A stretch of DNA of 64,000 nucleotides. Origin: Candidatus Omnitrophota bacterium. GTDB taxonomy: Bacteria > Omnitrophota > Gorgyraeia > Gygaellales > Profunditerraquicolaceae. Position 1 is the first letter of the stretch, and the number at the start of each line of letters is the position of its first letter. Both the position numbers and the translations under genes were made by a program. The notes below the pieces were generated by a model, which was not told the DNA's origin, did no database searches, and was given only the letters and a program-made list of their open reading frames with translations. This document shows, piece after piece, positions 29,273 to 40,332 of the stretch. The DNA lies in NCBI GenBank assembly GCA_026416665.1, contig JAOAET010000051.1, positions 139,800 through 203,799 on the forward strand, in the 5' to 3' direction.

Positions 29273-30943
29273 TTAATCTCCTTTTTTTGCTTCGTAGGTT
29301 GAATAGTAGTAGGGTGTAAATGCCTGAAACTCGGCAGCACAAGTATCCACTAGTTTATATTGGGGATGTATCCCTAGATTTCTTCGTAAGGCTTCTATAT
29401 GCTCTGGAGGCATATTACGTAGTCGGGCAATCTGGATATCGCTAAAACCATATTCCTTTGCCTTGCGCAGTAAGGAAGGTTCTAGTTGCTTTTCTTGAAT
29501 TAACCTTTTTTCCAAATTAACTATCTCCTTTATATTATATAAAAACCAACGGTCTATCTTGGAGAGAGAATTTATTTCATCAATACCTATACCATACCGC
29601 ATTGCATCTGCAATATAAAATATCCGCTCAGGAGTAGCTACACGGACTTTATTCTTAAGAAATGTAATCAATTCCTCAGGCGATTTATCTTTCCACTCCG
29701 AAGGATTAATTAAAGAAACCAACCCTTCTTTCTTTATCTCAAGCGACCTTAGAGCCTTTTGTAGAGCTTCTTTGAAACTACGACCAATTGCCATAACCTC
29801 TCCAACAGATTTCATTGAAACCGTCAGTTCGCTGGATGCCTTAGGAAACTTCTCAAAGGTAAAACGCGGTATTTTCACGACGCAATAATCTATGGCAGGC
29901 TCAAAGCAAGCTGGTGTTTCCTTAGTTATGTCATTAGGTATCTCATCCAAAGTATAGCCCACTGCAAGTTTTGCTGCGATTTTTGCGATGGGAAATCCTG
30001 TGGCCTTAGAAGCTAAAGCAGAACTTCTTGATACGCGGGGGTTCATCTCAATAATTACACGACGACCAGTCTCCGGATTAACTGCAAATTGTATGTTTGA
30101 GCCTCCTGTTTCTACACCAATTGCTCTTATACATTTTATTGCATCATCGCGCATTTCTTGATATTCGCGGTCTGACAATGTCTGCTGTGGAGCAACGGTA
30201 ATACTATCTCCAGTATGTATCCCCATAGGGTCCAAATTCTCAATGGAACAGACAATCACCACATTATCTTTTTTATCCCGCATAACCTCTAATTCAAACT
30301 CTTTCCAACCAATTAGAGATTCTTCAATTAGGATTTCGGAAATCATACTTGCCTCAAGACCACGCTTAGCCAGTTCCTTAAACTCTTCTTTATTGTAGGC
30401 TATCGCACCACCTGTTCCACCCAGAGTAAAACTTGGTCTAATAATAAGGGGAAAACCTATTCGCTCAGCTACTTCTTGAGCCTGTTTAATATTATAGGCC
30501 TTATCACTTTTAGGAATGGCTATACCTACCTTCTGCATAGCCTTTTTAAAAAGCTGTCTGTCTTCTCCACGTTTAATTGCTGATATATTTGCGCCTATTG
30601 TCTCAACCTTATATTTTTCTAGCACACCTTTCTTAGATAAACACACAGCGAGATTAAGCGCGGTTTGTCCGCCTAAAGTAGGCAATAATGCATCTGGTCT
30701 TTCTCTTGCTATAATCTTTTCAATTGTCTGAGGTTCCAAAGGCTCAATATAAACACGTTGGGCGGTCTGTGGGTCAGTCATAATGGTAGCAGGATTAGAA
30801 TTAACTAATATTACAAAATATCCTTCTTTAGTAAGCACCCTACAAGCTTGTGTCCCTGAATAATCAAATTCACAGGCTTGTCCAATCACAATGGGTCCTG
30901 AGCCAAGAACTAAAATTTTATGAATATCGGTTCGTTTAGGCAT
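29273..30943 (-). CDS. carB: Carbamoyl-phosphate synthase large subunit, N-terminal half only
   Basis: [42 protein letters not shown]; stops at YYYSTYE, the boundary between the two halves (556 aa). Confidence 0.9.
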   Translation of the reverse strand: MPKRTDIHKILVLGSGPIVIGQACEFDYSGTQACRVLTKEGYFVILVNSNPATIMTDPQTAQRVYIEPLEPQTIEKIIARERPDALLPTLGGQTALNLAVCLSKKGVLEKYKVETIGANISAIKRGEDRQLFKKAMQKVGIAIPKSDKAYNIKQAQEVAERIGFPLIIRPSFTLGGTGGAIAYNKEEFKELAKRGLEASMISEILIEESLIGWKEFELEVMRDKKDNVVIVCSIENLDPMGIHTGDSITVAPQQTLSDREYQEMRDDAIKCIRAIGVETGGSNIQFAVNPETGRRVIIEMNPRVSRSSALASKATGFPIAKIAAKLAVGYTLDEIPNDITKETPACFEPAIDYCVVKIPRFTFEKFPKASSELTVSMKSVGEVMAIGRSFKEALQKALRSLEIKKEGLVSLINPSEWKDKSPEELITFLKNKVRVATPERIFYIADAMRYGIGIDEINSLSKIDRWFLYNIKEIVNLEKRLIQEKQLEPSLLRKAKEYGFSDIQIARLRNMPPEHIEALRRNLGIHPQYKLVDTCAAEFQAFTPYYYSTYEAKKGD

Positions 30944-32051
30944 ACCTTCTTTTCCTATAATTTTTTATTAATTGCACAAACTCATCAAAAAGATACCTTG
31001 CATCATGCGGACCTGGCCCAGCTTCGGGATGAAATTGTACCGAAAAAACAGGAAGCTTTTTATGGCGTATTCCCTCTAATGTATTATCATTTAAATTTAT
31101 ATGGGTCATCTCTAATTCTTTTTTATTGACGGTTGCCATATCAATACAAAAACCATGGTTTTGCACAGTAATAAATACTTTATTGTTGCGTAGGTCTTTT
31201 ACAGGGTGGTTCCCACCGTGATGGCCAAATTTAAGTTTATAAGTTTTTGCACCCAAAGCTAGCCCAATCATCTGTTGTCCTAAGCATATACCAAATATAG
31301 GAACTTTACCTATTAGTTTCCTTACTGTTTCATATACATAAGGCACAGCTGCGGGGTCTCCTGGACCATTAGAAAGAAGCACTCCATCAGGGTTATATTT
31401 GAGAATATCTTCATCAGTAGAAGTTGCAGGAACCACAAAAACCCAACATCCCCGTTTATGAAGTTCCCAGAGCGTAGAATACTTAACACCGCAATCTACC
31501 ACTACCACCTTAAAAGCTTTTGCAGAGATACTTTTATTCAATGAGGCAGCCCAAATATAGGTTTTATTGATAGTAACCTCTTTTACTAAATCTATACCAA
31601 CTAATCCTTTACTCTGACGCGCTTTCTCTACCAGACTTTTTTTATCGTAATCTTGTGTTGATAACACCGCCTTAAGTGCTCCTTTTTGGCGAATATGTAA
31701 TGTGAGTTCCCTGGTATCAACTGCTTCTATGCCAAGGATATTATACTGTTTCAAATAGTCAGCAAGGGTTATTTGACTACGCCAATTACTTGCACATTTA
31801 GAATACTCTTTTACTACCAAACCCTCTAAAAAAGGACGTCTTGATTCAGCATCTTCTGAATTTATGCCGTAGTTTCCTATAAGTGGATAAGTCATAGTAA
31901 CAATTTGCCCTTTGTAAGAAGGGTCGGTGATTATTTCTTGATAGCCACTCATAGATGTATTAAAAACAATTTCACCATAACACTCTCCTTCTGCACCAAA
32001 CGACTCACCACTAATTACAAAACCATCTTCTAAAGCAAGAAATGCTTTCAT
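30936..32051 (-). CDS. carA: Carbamoyl-phosphate synthase small subunit
   Basis: [32 protein letters not shown]. Confidence 0.95.
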   Translation of the reverse strand: MKAFLALEDGFVISGESFGAEGECYGEIVFNTSMSGYQEIITDPSYKGQIVTMTYPLIGNYGINSEDAESRRPFLEGLVVKEYSKCASNWRSQITLADYLKQYNILGIEAVDTRELTLHIRQKGALKAVLSTQDYDKKSLVEKARQSKGLVGIDLVKEVTINKTYIWAASLNKSISAKAFKVVVVDCGVKYSTLWELHKRGCWVFVVPATSTDEDILKYNPDGVLLSNGPGDPAAVPYVYETVRKLIGKVPIFGICLGQQMIGLALGAKTYKLKFGHHGGNHPVKDLRNNKVFITVQNHGFCIDMATVNKKELEMTHINLNDNTLEGIRHKKLPVFSVQFHPEAGPGPHDARYLFDEFVQLIKNYRKRRYA

Positions 32052-32086
32052 AAAAAACCTCTTTATTTTCTTGTATTAAGATTATG

Positions 32087-33718
<1,632 letters not shown>

Positions 33719-33733
33719 TTAGCTCCTTATTTA

Positions 33734-33786
33734 ACAAAAAACGGCGTTTATGGGATATTCCCTTTCCCCAAAAACGCCTTTGTTTT
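33734..33786 (-). terminator. pyrG leader terminator with overlapping ANTAR-like hairpin
   Basis: AAAAC-AAAGGC-GTTTT overlaps GGCGTTT.TGGG...CCCATAAACGCC-GTTTTTT. Confidence 0.72.
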
Positions 33787-33798
33787 CGGTCTGGTACT

Positions 33799-33827
33799 AT
33801 TATATTCTTCTTTTACCTGTAGGTCAA
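33799..33827 (-). promoter_or_regulatory. Putative sigma70 promoter of pyrG-carA-carB
   Basis: TTGACC-N17-TATAAT. Confidence 0.7.
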
Positions 33828-33863
33828 TTTTTTTATAAAAAATTTTAACCAACCAAACTGTCT

Positions 33864-35303
33864 TTACATTACTAACAGGTTACTCTTACCCATAAGATAA
33901 GTATCAATAGCATAGGCACAACGACGTGCATCTGCGATAGCCCACACTACCAAAGACTGTCCTCTACGCATGTCGCCACAAGAAAAAACGTTTTTACAAG
34001 AGGTCATATACCTTTCATCTGTCTTGATGTTCCCTTTTTGGTCAAGAGCAAGCCCTAACTGTTTTACAATCCCTTCATGTTCTGTATGTAAAAATCCTAC
34101 GCAAATGAATACAAGGTCAGCTTCTAACTCAAATTCTGAACCAGGGATTTCTTCCATAACTAAACAACCCTCTTCATTATACTTATATTCCAAACGTTTA
34201 CATTTAATCTTTCTTACCTGTGTATCTCCAATAAATTCCTTAGTAAGAACTGACCACATACGCTCACCACCTTCTTGGTGGCTACTTGAAACTTTTAAGG
34301 TCATCGGATAAGTTGGCCAAGGCATACTTTCGGTTCTACACGACGGTGGTTTGGGCATAATTTCAAGTTGCACTACGCATTGCGCTCCTTGACGGTGTGC
34401 AGTGCCCACACAATCAGCGCCGGTATCTCCTCCACCAATTACCACTACTTTTTTACCTCGGGCATCAATAATTTCATTTTCTTTTATCTGCTGGCCAGCT
34501 ACTCTTCTATTTACTTGAGTAAGATAATCCATTGCAAAATAAATACCTTTAAGTTGCCTTCCCGGGATTAAGATATCGCGGGGTTTACGACAACCACAAC
34601 AAAGACAGGTAACATCAAATTCTTGTAACAGTCGCCCTACAGAGTAATCTTTACCTACTTCTACTTTTGTTTTAAAAATGATTCCTTCTTTTTCCCATAG
34701 ACTAATACGGCGGTCTAATATATGCTTCTCTAACTTAAAATCAGGTATACCATACCGAAGTATTCCTCCGATTTTATCATCCCGTTCAAATACAGTAACT
34801 TTATGTCCTGCGCAATTTAACTGGTCTGCCAACGCCAACCCTGCCGGACCAGACCCTACTATTGCTATAGATTTTCCTGTTCTTCTTTTAGGAGTGCAAG
34901 GATTTATGTATCCTTCTTTAAAAGCACGTTCTATGATATCTAACTCATTATCACGAATTGTTACTGGCTCATCATTAATACCCAAAACACAGGCATATTC
35001 ACAAAGCGCAGGACAAACCCTTCCAGTAACATCAGCTAAAGGATTGGTGGCTACCAACAACTTCAATGCCTCTTTCCATTGATTACGATAAACAAGGTCA
35101 TTTGTCTCTGGAATATAGTTTCCTAATGGGCAACCATAATGGCAAAAAGGTGTCCCACAGTCCATACACCGAGAAGCCTGTTGTTTTGTCTGTTCACTAG
35201 AACGCTCAAGGGCTATCTGGCTATAATCTTTAATCCTCTCACAAACAGGACGATAACCTCGTTCCTTACGTTTAATTTTTAGAAATCCTCTGGGGTCAGC
35301 CAT
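33864..35303 (-). CDS. gltD: Glutamate synthase small subunit
   Basis: RCMDCGTPFC, GSGPAGLA, GGGDTGADC, GDMRRGQSLVVWAI. Confidence 0.95.
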   Translation of the reverse strand: MADPRGFLKIKRKERGYRPVCERIKDYSQIALERSSEQTKQQASRCMDCGTPFCHYGCPLGNYIPETNDLVYRNQWKEALKLLVATNPLADVTGRVCPALCEYACVLGINDEPVTIRDNELDIIERAFKEGYINPCTPKRRTGKSIAIVGSGPAGLALADQLNCAGHKVTVFERDDKIGGILRYGIPDFKLEKHILDRRISLWEKEGIIFKTKVEVGKDYSVGRLLQEFDVTCLCCGCRKPRDILIPGRQLKGIYFAMDYLTQVNRRVAGQQIKENEIIDARGKKVVVIGGGDTGADCVGTAHRQGAQCVVQLEIMPKPPSCRTESMPWPTYPMTLKVSSSHQEGGERMWSVLTKEFIGDTQVRKIKCKRLEYKYNEEGCLVMEEIPGSEFELEADLVFICVGFLHTEHEGIVKQLGLALDQKGNIKTDERYMTSCKNVFSCGDMRRGQSLVVWAIADARRCAYAIDTYLMGKSNLLVM

Positions 35304-35326
35304 ATCTTGTTTCTACTTTAATAAAT

Positions 35327-38300
35327 TTATCCCTCTGTTTGTTCTATTAAAGCTGCTTCTGTTTTTTGACTTTCTAAAATACGTTTATACTCTAAAGGCA
35401 TCACTTTAACAAAATAATCTTTTTCTACACTAAAGTTATCTAATATCTTCCTGGCAAGAGAACTCTGAGTATAGCGGTAGTGATTACTCAACAATCTTTG
35501 CAGCAAAGATTGATCAGTTATATCAATTTTTTCTAGATTTACCATCTCGAAATTACAGAAGTTTCGGAATTTGTTTTCAGGGTCATATACATAGGCAATC
35601 CCTCCAGACATACCAGCAGCAAAATTACGACCCGTCTTTCCTAAGATAATTACTCTTCCACCGGTCATGTATTCACAACCATGGTCACCAACGCCTTCAA
35701 CCACTGCTAACATACCTGAGTTTCTTATTGCAAAACGTTCTCCGGCACAACCCCTAATATACGCCTCTCCGCTGGTTGCACCATAGAATGTAGTATTTCC
35801 AATAATAATATTTTTATGCGCCTGGTAAGTAACCTCTTTACCCGGGTAAATAATAATCCTGCCACCTGAAAGACCTTTTCCTACATAGTCATTTGCCATT
35901 CCTTCTAACTCAAACACCACACCGGGACACAAGAAAGCTCCGAAACTTTGTCCCGCAACACCGTAAAATTTGCAGTGGATAGTATCATCACTTAGCCCAT
36001 ATTCACCAAAACGCTTACAGAGATAACCACTTAACATTGCCCCTACTGCTCGTTGTGAGTTATCTATCGGTAAACTAATCTGCACCTGACTTTTCTTTTC
36101 CAACTGTTCTTTAACATTTTCAATAATAGTTTTGTCCAAGACTTTTTCCAGATTGTGTTGTTGTGCAATGGAACAATAAACCGTCTCTTTCTCAGCAACA
36201 GGGGGCTGATATAAGATAGTTGAAAGGTCCAGATTTTTTGCCTTCCATGGCAACCTGTCTTTGTTTACAACCAGCATATCACTTCTTCCAACCATTTCAT
36301 CAATAGTTCGAAAACCTAACTCTGCCATAATTGCACGTAGTTCCTCAACAATAAAATGGAAGTAGTTAATTAAATGTTCAGGACGACCAGCAAATTTCTT
36401 CTCTAAAACTTCTTCCTGAGTTGCTATACCCACAGCACAGGTGTTAAGATTACAGTGTCTTAACATCACACAACCCAAACAAACAAGTACTGCTGAAGCA
36501 AATCCGAATTCCTCAGCTCCTAATAAACAGGCAATAGCCACATCTCTACCCGTTCGTAAACCACCATCTACCTGTAACCTTACCCGGCTACGAAGGTTAT
36601 TTAAAATAAGTGTCTGGTGGGTTTCAGAAAGCCCCAGCTCCCAAGGTAATCCCGCATGCTTAATAGAACTCCAAGGAGAAGCACCTGTTCCACCTTCTCC
36701 TCCAGAAATTAGTATCATATCTGCATGGGCTTTTGCAACCCCTGCGGCAACGGTACCTACTCCTACTTCAGAAACAAGCTTTACACTGATACGCGCACAA
36801 GGATTAACATTTTTTAAATCAAAAATCAGTTGGGCAAGGTCTTCAATAGAATAAATATCATGATGTGGTGGCGGTGAGATAAGGGTCACTCCTGGTGTAG
36901 TATACCGAGTAGCAGCTATCACTGCACTTACTTTATGTCCAGGCAATTGGCCACCCTCACCTGGCTTTGCCCCTTGGCATATCTTTATCTGAATTTCTTC
37001 GGCATTTACTAAATAGTTACAGGTAACGCCAAAACGCCCTGAGGCAACCTGTTTAACTGCGCTACACAAGCTATCTCCGTTGGGTAATGGATGAAAACGC
37101 GCAGGGTCTTCACCACCTTCTCCAGAATTGGAATGTGCCTTCATCCTATTCATGGCAATTGCAATCGTCCGATGACAGGCACCGCTTATTGATCCAAAAC
37201 TCATTGCCCCTGAATAGAACCTGGTAATAATTTTCTCAAACGGTTCTACTTCTTCAATAGGAACAGGCGGTTGAGAAGTCTTGAAATCAAATAAACTGCG
37301 TAAAGTTACTGGCTGTGTTGCTTGATTATTCACCAATTGCGCAAAGGCCTTGTACTTCTCAAGAGAATTCTTACGCACCGCCTCATGTAGCAAAGTAATC
37401 GTATCTGGATTCCAAAGATGGTATTCTCCATCCCTGCGGTAATGGTAATACCCTCCTGTGGGCAATATATTTTCTTCCTTTTGAGGTGATTCCTTTGAAA
37501 ATGCCTCAGTGTGCCTTAGAAGTGTCTCCTGGCAAAGCACCGTAAAATCTGCTCCGCTGAGTCTTGAGACAGTGCCTCTAAAACATCTTTCAATAACTTG
37601 TTGATGTAGTCCCAATGCCTCAAATATCTGTGCACCACGATAGCTCTGTAGAGTAGAAATTCCCATCTTGGAAAGAATTTTTTGTAATCCTTTATGTAAC
37701 GCCTTACGATAATTGGCAATTGCCTGTTCCTCGGAGATATTCAATGTCTCTTCTTGTGCCATTAGCTTGGCTACTTCATATGCTAAATAAGGATTTACAC
37801 AATCTGCTCCATAACCAAACAGAAGAGCAATATGATGAGTCTGACGCGGTTCTCCGCTTTCAATTATGATTCCGATTCGGGTGCGCAAACACTTTTCTAT
37901 AAGGTAATGGTGAACTGCTCCACAGGCAAGAAGGGCTGACAAGGCAGCTTTTTGTTCATTGATTCCTCGGTCACTTAAAATAATAAAACTATAACCCTCT
38001 TCAATGGCCTTTTCTGCCTGCTGGCAGATTCCTTCTAAAGCGTTAAGAAAATTATCTTTATCGCTGTTATCAAACAGTAAAGAGATTGTTTTGGTTTTAA
38101 AAGAATTGATTTTTATATTACGAATTTTCTCAAGCTCGCTGTTTGTCAAAATTGGCTCTTCCACAAATAACTTATGACAATTATTGGCATCTTCTTCAAG
38201 AAAATTGCCTTCTGGTCCAAGATAAGTTGCCAAAGACATTACTATCTCTTCTCTTATATGATCGATAGCGGGGTTAGTTACTTGAGCAAAGAGCTGTTTG

Positions 38301-39883
38301 AAATAAGAATATAGTAATTGTGGTTTCTTTGATAGGACTGCACAGGGTGTGTCATCTCCCATAGAACCTACCGGTTCTTGGGCAGTCTCAACCATTGGTT
38401 TCAGAATAAGTCTCAGCTCCTCTCTGGTATAACCAAATGTTTTTAAAAGCTTTCCGATTTCTACTTCTTTAGGCTTTTCATCTTGAGACAAATAGGGTAC
38501 TTGTTTCAAATTAATAAGATACTTAGCACACCATTGCCCATAGGGTCTCTTTGCAGCAATTATACTTTTAAGTTCATTATCTTCAATTATTCTTTTCTTT
38601 TGAGTATCAATAAAAAATATCTTACCGGGTTCAAGCCTACCTGAAGTAAGAATATCTCTTGGAGGAACATCTATCACACCTACCTCTGAAGCCATAATAA
38701 CGTGATTGTCTTTGGTCTGAATATATCTACAAGGACGCAATCCATTGCGGTCTAAAGCCGAAGCTATATTTACTCCATCGGTAACCACTAATGCTGCAGG
38801 TCCATCCCATGGTTCTGCGATACAAGCATGGTAGCGATAAAAATGCCGAATCTGCTCGGGCATATCGTGCATCTTCTCCCACGCCGCAGGAACAAGCATC
38901 ATTAATGCATGTGCAAGTGACCTTCCATTTAATACCAATAACTCAAGGACATTATCTAAGGCAGCGGAATCACTACCCCCAGGAACAATCACAGGTTTCA
39001 ACCATTCAATATCTTTTCCGAAATAACTACTTGAAAGTTGACCTTCTCGAGAATGCATCCAGTTAATATTACCCCTTAAGGTATTTATTTCACCATTATG
39101 GGCCAGAAATCGCATCGGCTGTGCCCTATCCCACGAAGGAAAAGTATTGGTAGAATAGCGTGAGTGCACTACTACCAGTGCCGAAGTTATTCGTTTATCC
39201 TTTAAATCAGGGAAGTAATCTTCAAGCTGATGAGGCATTAAAAGTCCTTTATAACAAAGAGTCCTTGAGGAAAGATTAGTAATGTAAAAACATTCATCCT
39301 CTGGTAACTTACCTGTTAAGAGTTTCTCTATTTTCTTTCTAATAAGATACAGTCTTCTCTCAAAAACGAGGGGGTCTTTTTTGTTTTGTTTATCAATGGT
39401 GTTTTTTGCAATGAAGACTTGCTCAATAACCGGCTGAGTATTTTTTGCTATTTTTCCTATATTTGTGTCATCAATAGGAACCTTGCGCCAACCTAAAAGA
39501 GTAGCGCCTGTTTCTTTAACCACAGAAGCAAATACTTGTTTACAAAATTCTCTTTTCTCTTTAGAACGAGGCAAGAACACTAATCCTGTGCCATATTCGG
39601 CGTTCTCGGGTAAATTGATTTTGTTTTTCTGACACTCTTCTAAAAGAAACTCATGAGGAATCTGTAATAAAATACCTGCACCGTCTCCTGTCTTAGGATC
39701 AGCACCAGTTGCTCCGCGATGGCTCAAACGGCGAAGCACCTCAAGACCATCCTCTATAATTTTGTGAGAACGCCTACCCTGAACATCACAGACAAAACCT
39801 ACTCCACAGGAATCTCGTTCAAAAGAATAGTCATAAAGTCCTTGTCTTGCGGGGAAACCATAGGGTTTCATAGTACTTTCCAT
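35327..39883 (-). CDS. gltB: Glutamate synthase large subunit
   Basis: DSCGVGF, HSRYSTNT, EPWDGPA, QGAKPGEGGQLP, C.MLR.C.LNTC..GIATQ. Confidence 0.97.
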   Translation of the reverse strand: MESTMKPYGFPARQGLYDYSFERDSCGVGFVCDVQGRRSHKIIEDGLEVLRRLSHRGATGADPKTGDGAGILLQIPHEFLLEECQKNKINLPENAEYGTGLVFLPRSKEKREFCKQVFASVVKETGATLLGWRKVPIDDTNIGKIAKNTQPVIEQVFIAKNTIDKQNKKDPLVFERRLYLIRKKIEKLLTGKLPEDECFYITNLSSRTLCYKGLLMPHQLEDYFPDLKDKRITSALVVVHSRYSTNTFPSWDRAQPMRFLAHNGEINTLRGNINWMHSREGQLSSSYFGKDIEWLKPVIVPGGSDSAALDNVLELLVLNGRSLAHALMMLVPAAWEKMHDMPEQIRHFYRYHACIAEPWDGPAALVVTDGVNIASALDRNGLRPCRYIQTKDNHVIMASEVGVIDVPPRDILTSGRLEPGKIFFIDTQKKRIIEDNELKSIIAAKRPYGQWCAKYLINLKQVPYLSQDEKPKEVEIGKLLKTFGYTREELRLILKPMVETAQEPVGSMGDDTPCAVLSKKPQLLYSYFKQLFAQVTNPAIDHIREEIVMSLATYLGPEGNFLEEDANNCHKLFVEEPILTNSELEKIRNIKINSFKTKTISLLFDNSDKDNFLNALEGICQQAEKAIEEGYSFIILSDRGINEQKAALSALLACGAVHHYLIEKCLRTRIGIIIESGEPRQTHHIALLFGYGADCVNPYLAYEVAKLMAQEETLNISEEQAIANYRKALHKGLQKILSKMGISTLQSYRGAQIFEALGLHQQVIERCFRGTVSRLSGADFTVLCQETLLRHTEAFSKESPQKEENILPTGGYYHYRRDGEYHLWNPDTITLLHEAVRKNSLEKYKAFAQLVNNQATQPVTLRSLFDFKTSQPPVPIEEVEPFEKIITRFYSGAMSFGSISGACHRTIAIAMNRMKAHSNSGEGGEDPARFHPLPNGDSLCSAVKQVASGRFGVTCNYLVNAEEIQIKICQGAKPGEGGQLPGHKVSAVIAATRYTTPGVTLISPPPHHDIYSIEDLAQLIFDLKNVNPCARISVKLVSEVGVGTVAAGVAKAHADMILISGGEGGTGASPWSSIKHAGLPWELGLSETHQTLILNNLRSRVRLQVDGGLRTGRDVAIACLLGAEEFGFASAVLVCLGCVMLRHCNLNTCAVGIATQEEVLEKKFAGRPEHLINYFHFIVEELRAIMAELGFRTIDEMVGRSDMLVVNKDRLPWKAKNLDLSTILYQPPVAEKETVYCSIAQQHNLEKVLDKTIIENVKEQLEKKSQVQISLPIDNSQRAVGAMLSGYLCKRFGEYGLSDDTIHCKFYGVAGQSFGAFLCPGVVFELEGMANDYVGKGLSGGRIIIYPGKEVTYQAHKNIIIGNTTFYGATSGEAYIRGCAGERFAIRNSGMLAVVEGVGDHGCEYMTGGRVIILGKTGRNFAAGMSGGIAYVYDPENKFRNFCNFEMVNLEKIDITDQSLLQRLLSNHYRYTQSSLARKILDNFSVEKDYFVKVMPLEYKRILESQKTEAALIEQTEG

Positions 39884-40248
39884 TTTATCGGTTGAATGTT
39901 GTGTTTACGAATTTTCGCACGCAAGGTATTACGATTAACACCCAGAATCTTTGCTGCCTGTAACTGATTACCAAATGTCCTGCACAAGACGTATTCAAAT
40001 AAATTTTTCTCAATGTACCCAATTATTGCTTTATACAGATTACCTTTTCTTTCCTGATAAAGTAGCTCTAACTTGTCTATTAGTTTTTCTTCAAAATTAA
40101 CTAGTGAACGTATTTCTTGCCCTTCTAAAATTTGGATGACATCTTCGTTTTTTTTTATACTGACTACAGCATTAGTCTTTACAGATAGAATAGTTGAAAT
40201 TAAATGGTATATACGCTTTTCCTTTTCTGTGCAAAAAACAGTAATCAT
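39868..40248 (-). CDS. Small NtrC/Fis-type HTH protein (no AAA+ or receiver domain)
   Basis: C-terminal GNQLQAAKILGVNRNTLRAKI; overlaps the gltB start. Confidence 0.8.
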   Translation of the reverse strand: MITVFCTEKEKRIYHLISTILSVKTNAVVSIKKNEDVIQILEGQEIRSLVNFEEKLIDKLELLYQERKGNLYKAIIGYIEKNLFEYVLCRTFGNQLQAAKILGVNRNTLRAKIRKHNIQPIKWKVL

Positions 40249-40265
40249 TTTTTTTGAACACTCTC

Positions 40266-40282
40266 TGCCTAATAATTAGGCA
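40266..40282. promoter_or_regulatory. Perfect 17-bp palindrome, NtrC/Fis-type operator candidate
   Basis: TGCCTAAT-A-ATTAGGCA directly upstream of the HTH-gltB-gltD unit. Confidence 0.6.
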
Positions 40283-40332
40283 CAATTTTTTAAAAAACAA
40301 ACTCTTCATCACGCAACTACTTCATAAGAGTA

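Noticed and set aside
33780-33800. PyrR binding loop or Bacillus-type reiterative-G control of pyrG
   Set aside because: AGTACCAGACC only loosely resembles the PyrR motif and there is no GGGC at the predicted start
40276-40295. sigma54 -24/-12 promoter (AGGCACAATTTTT)
   Set aside because: No -12 GC and wrong orientation for the downstream genes
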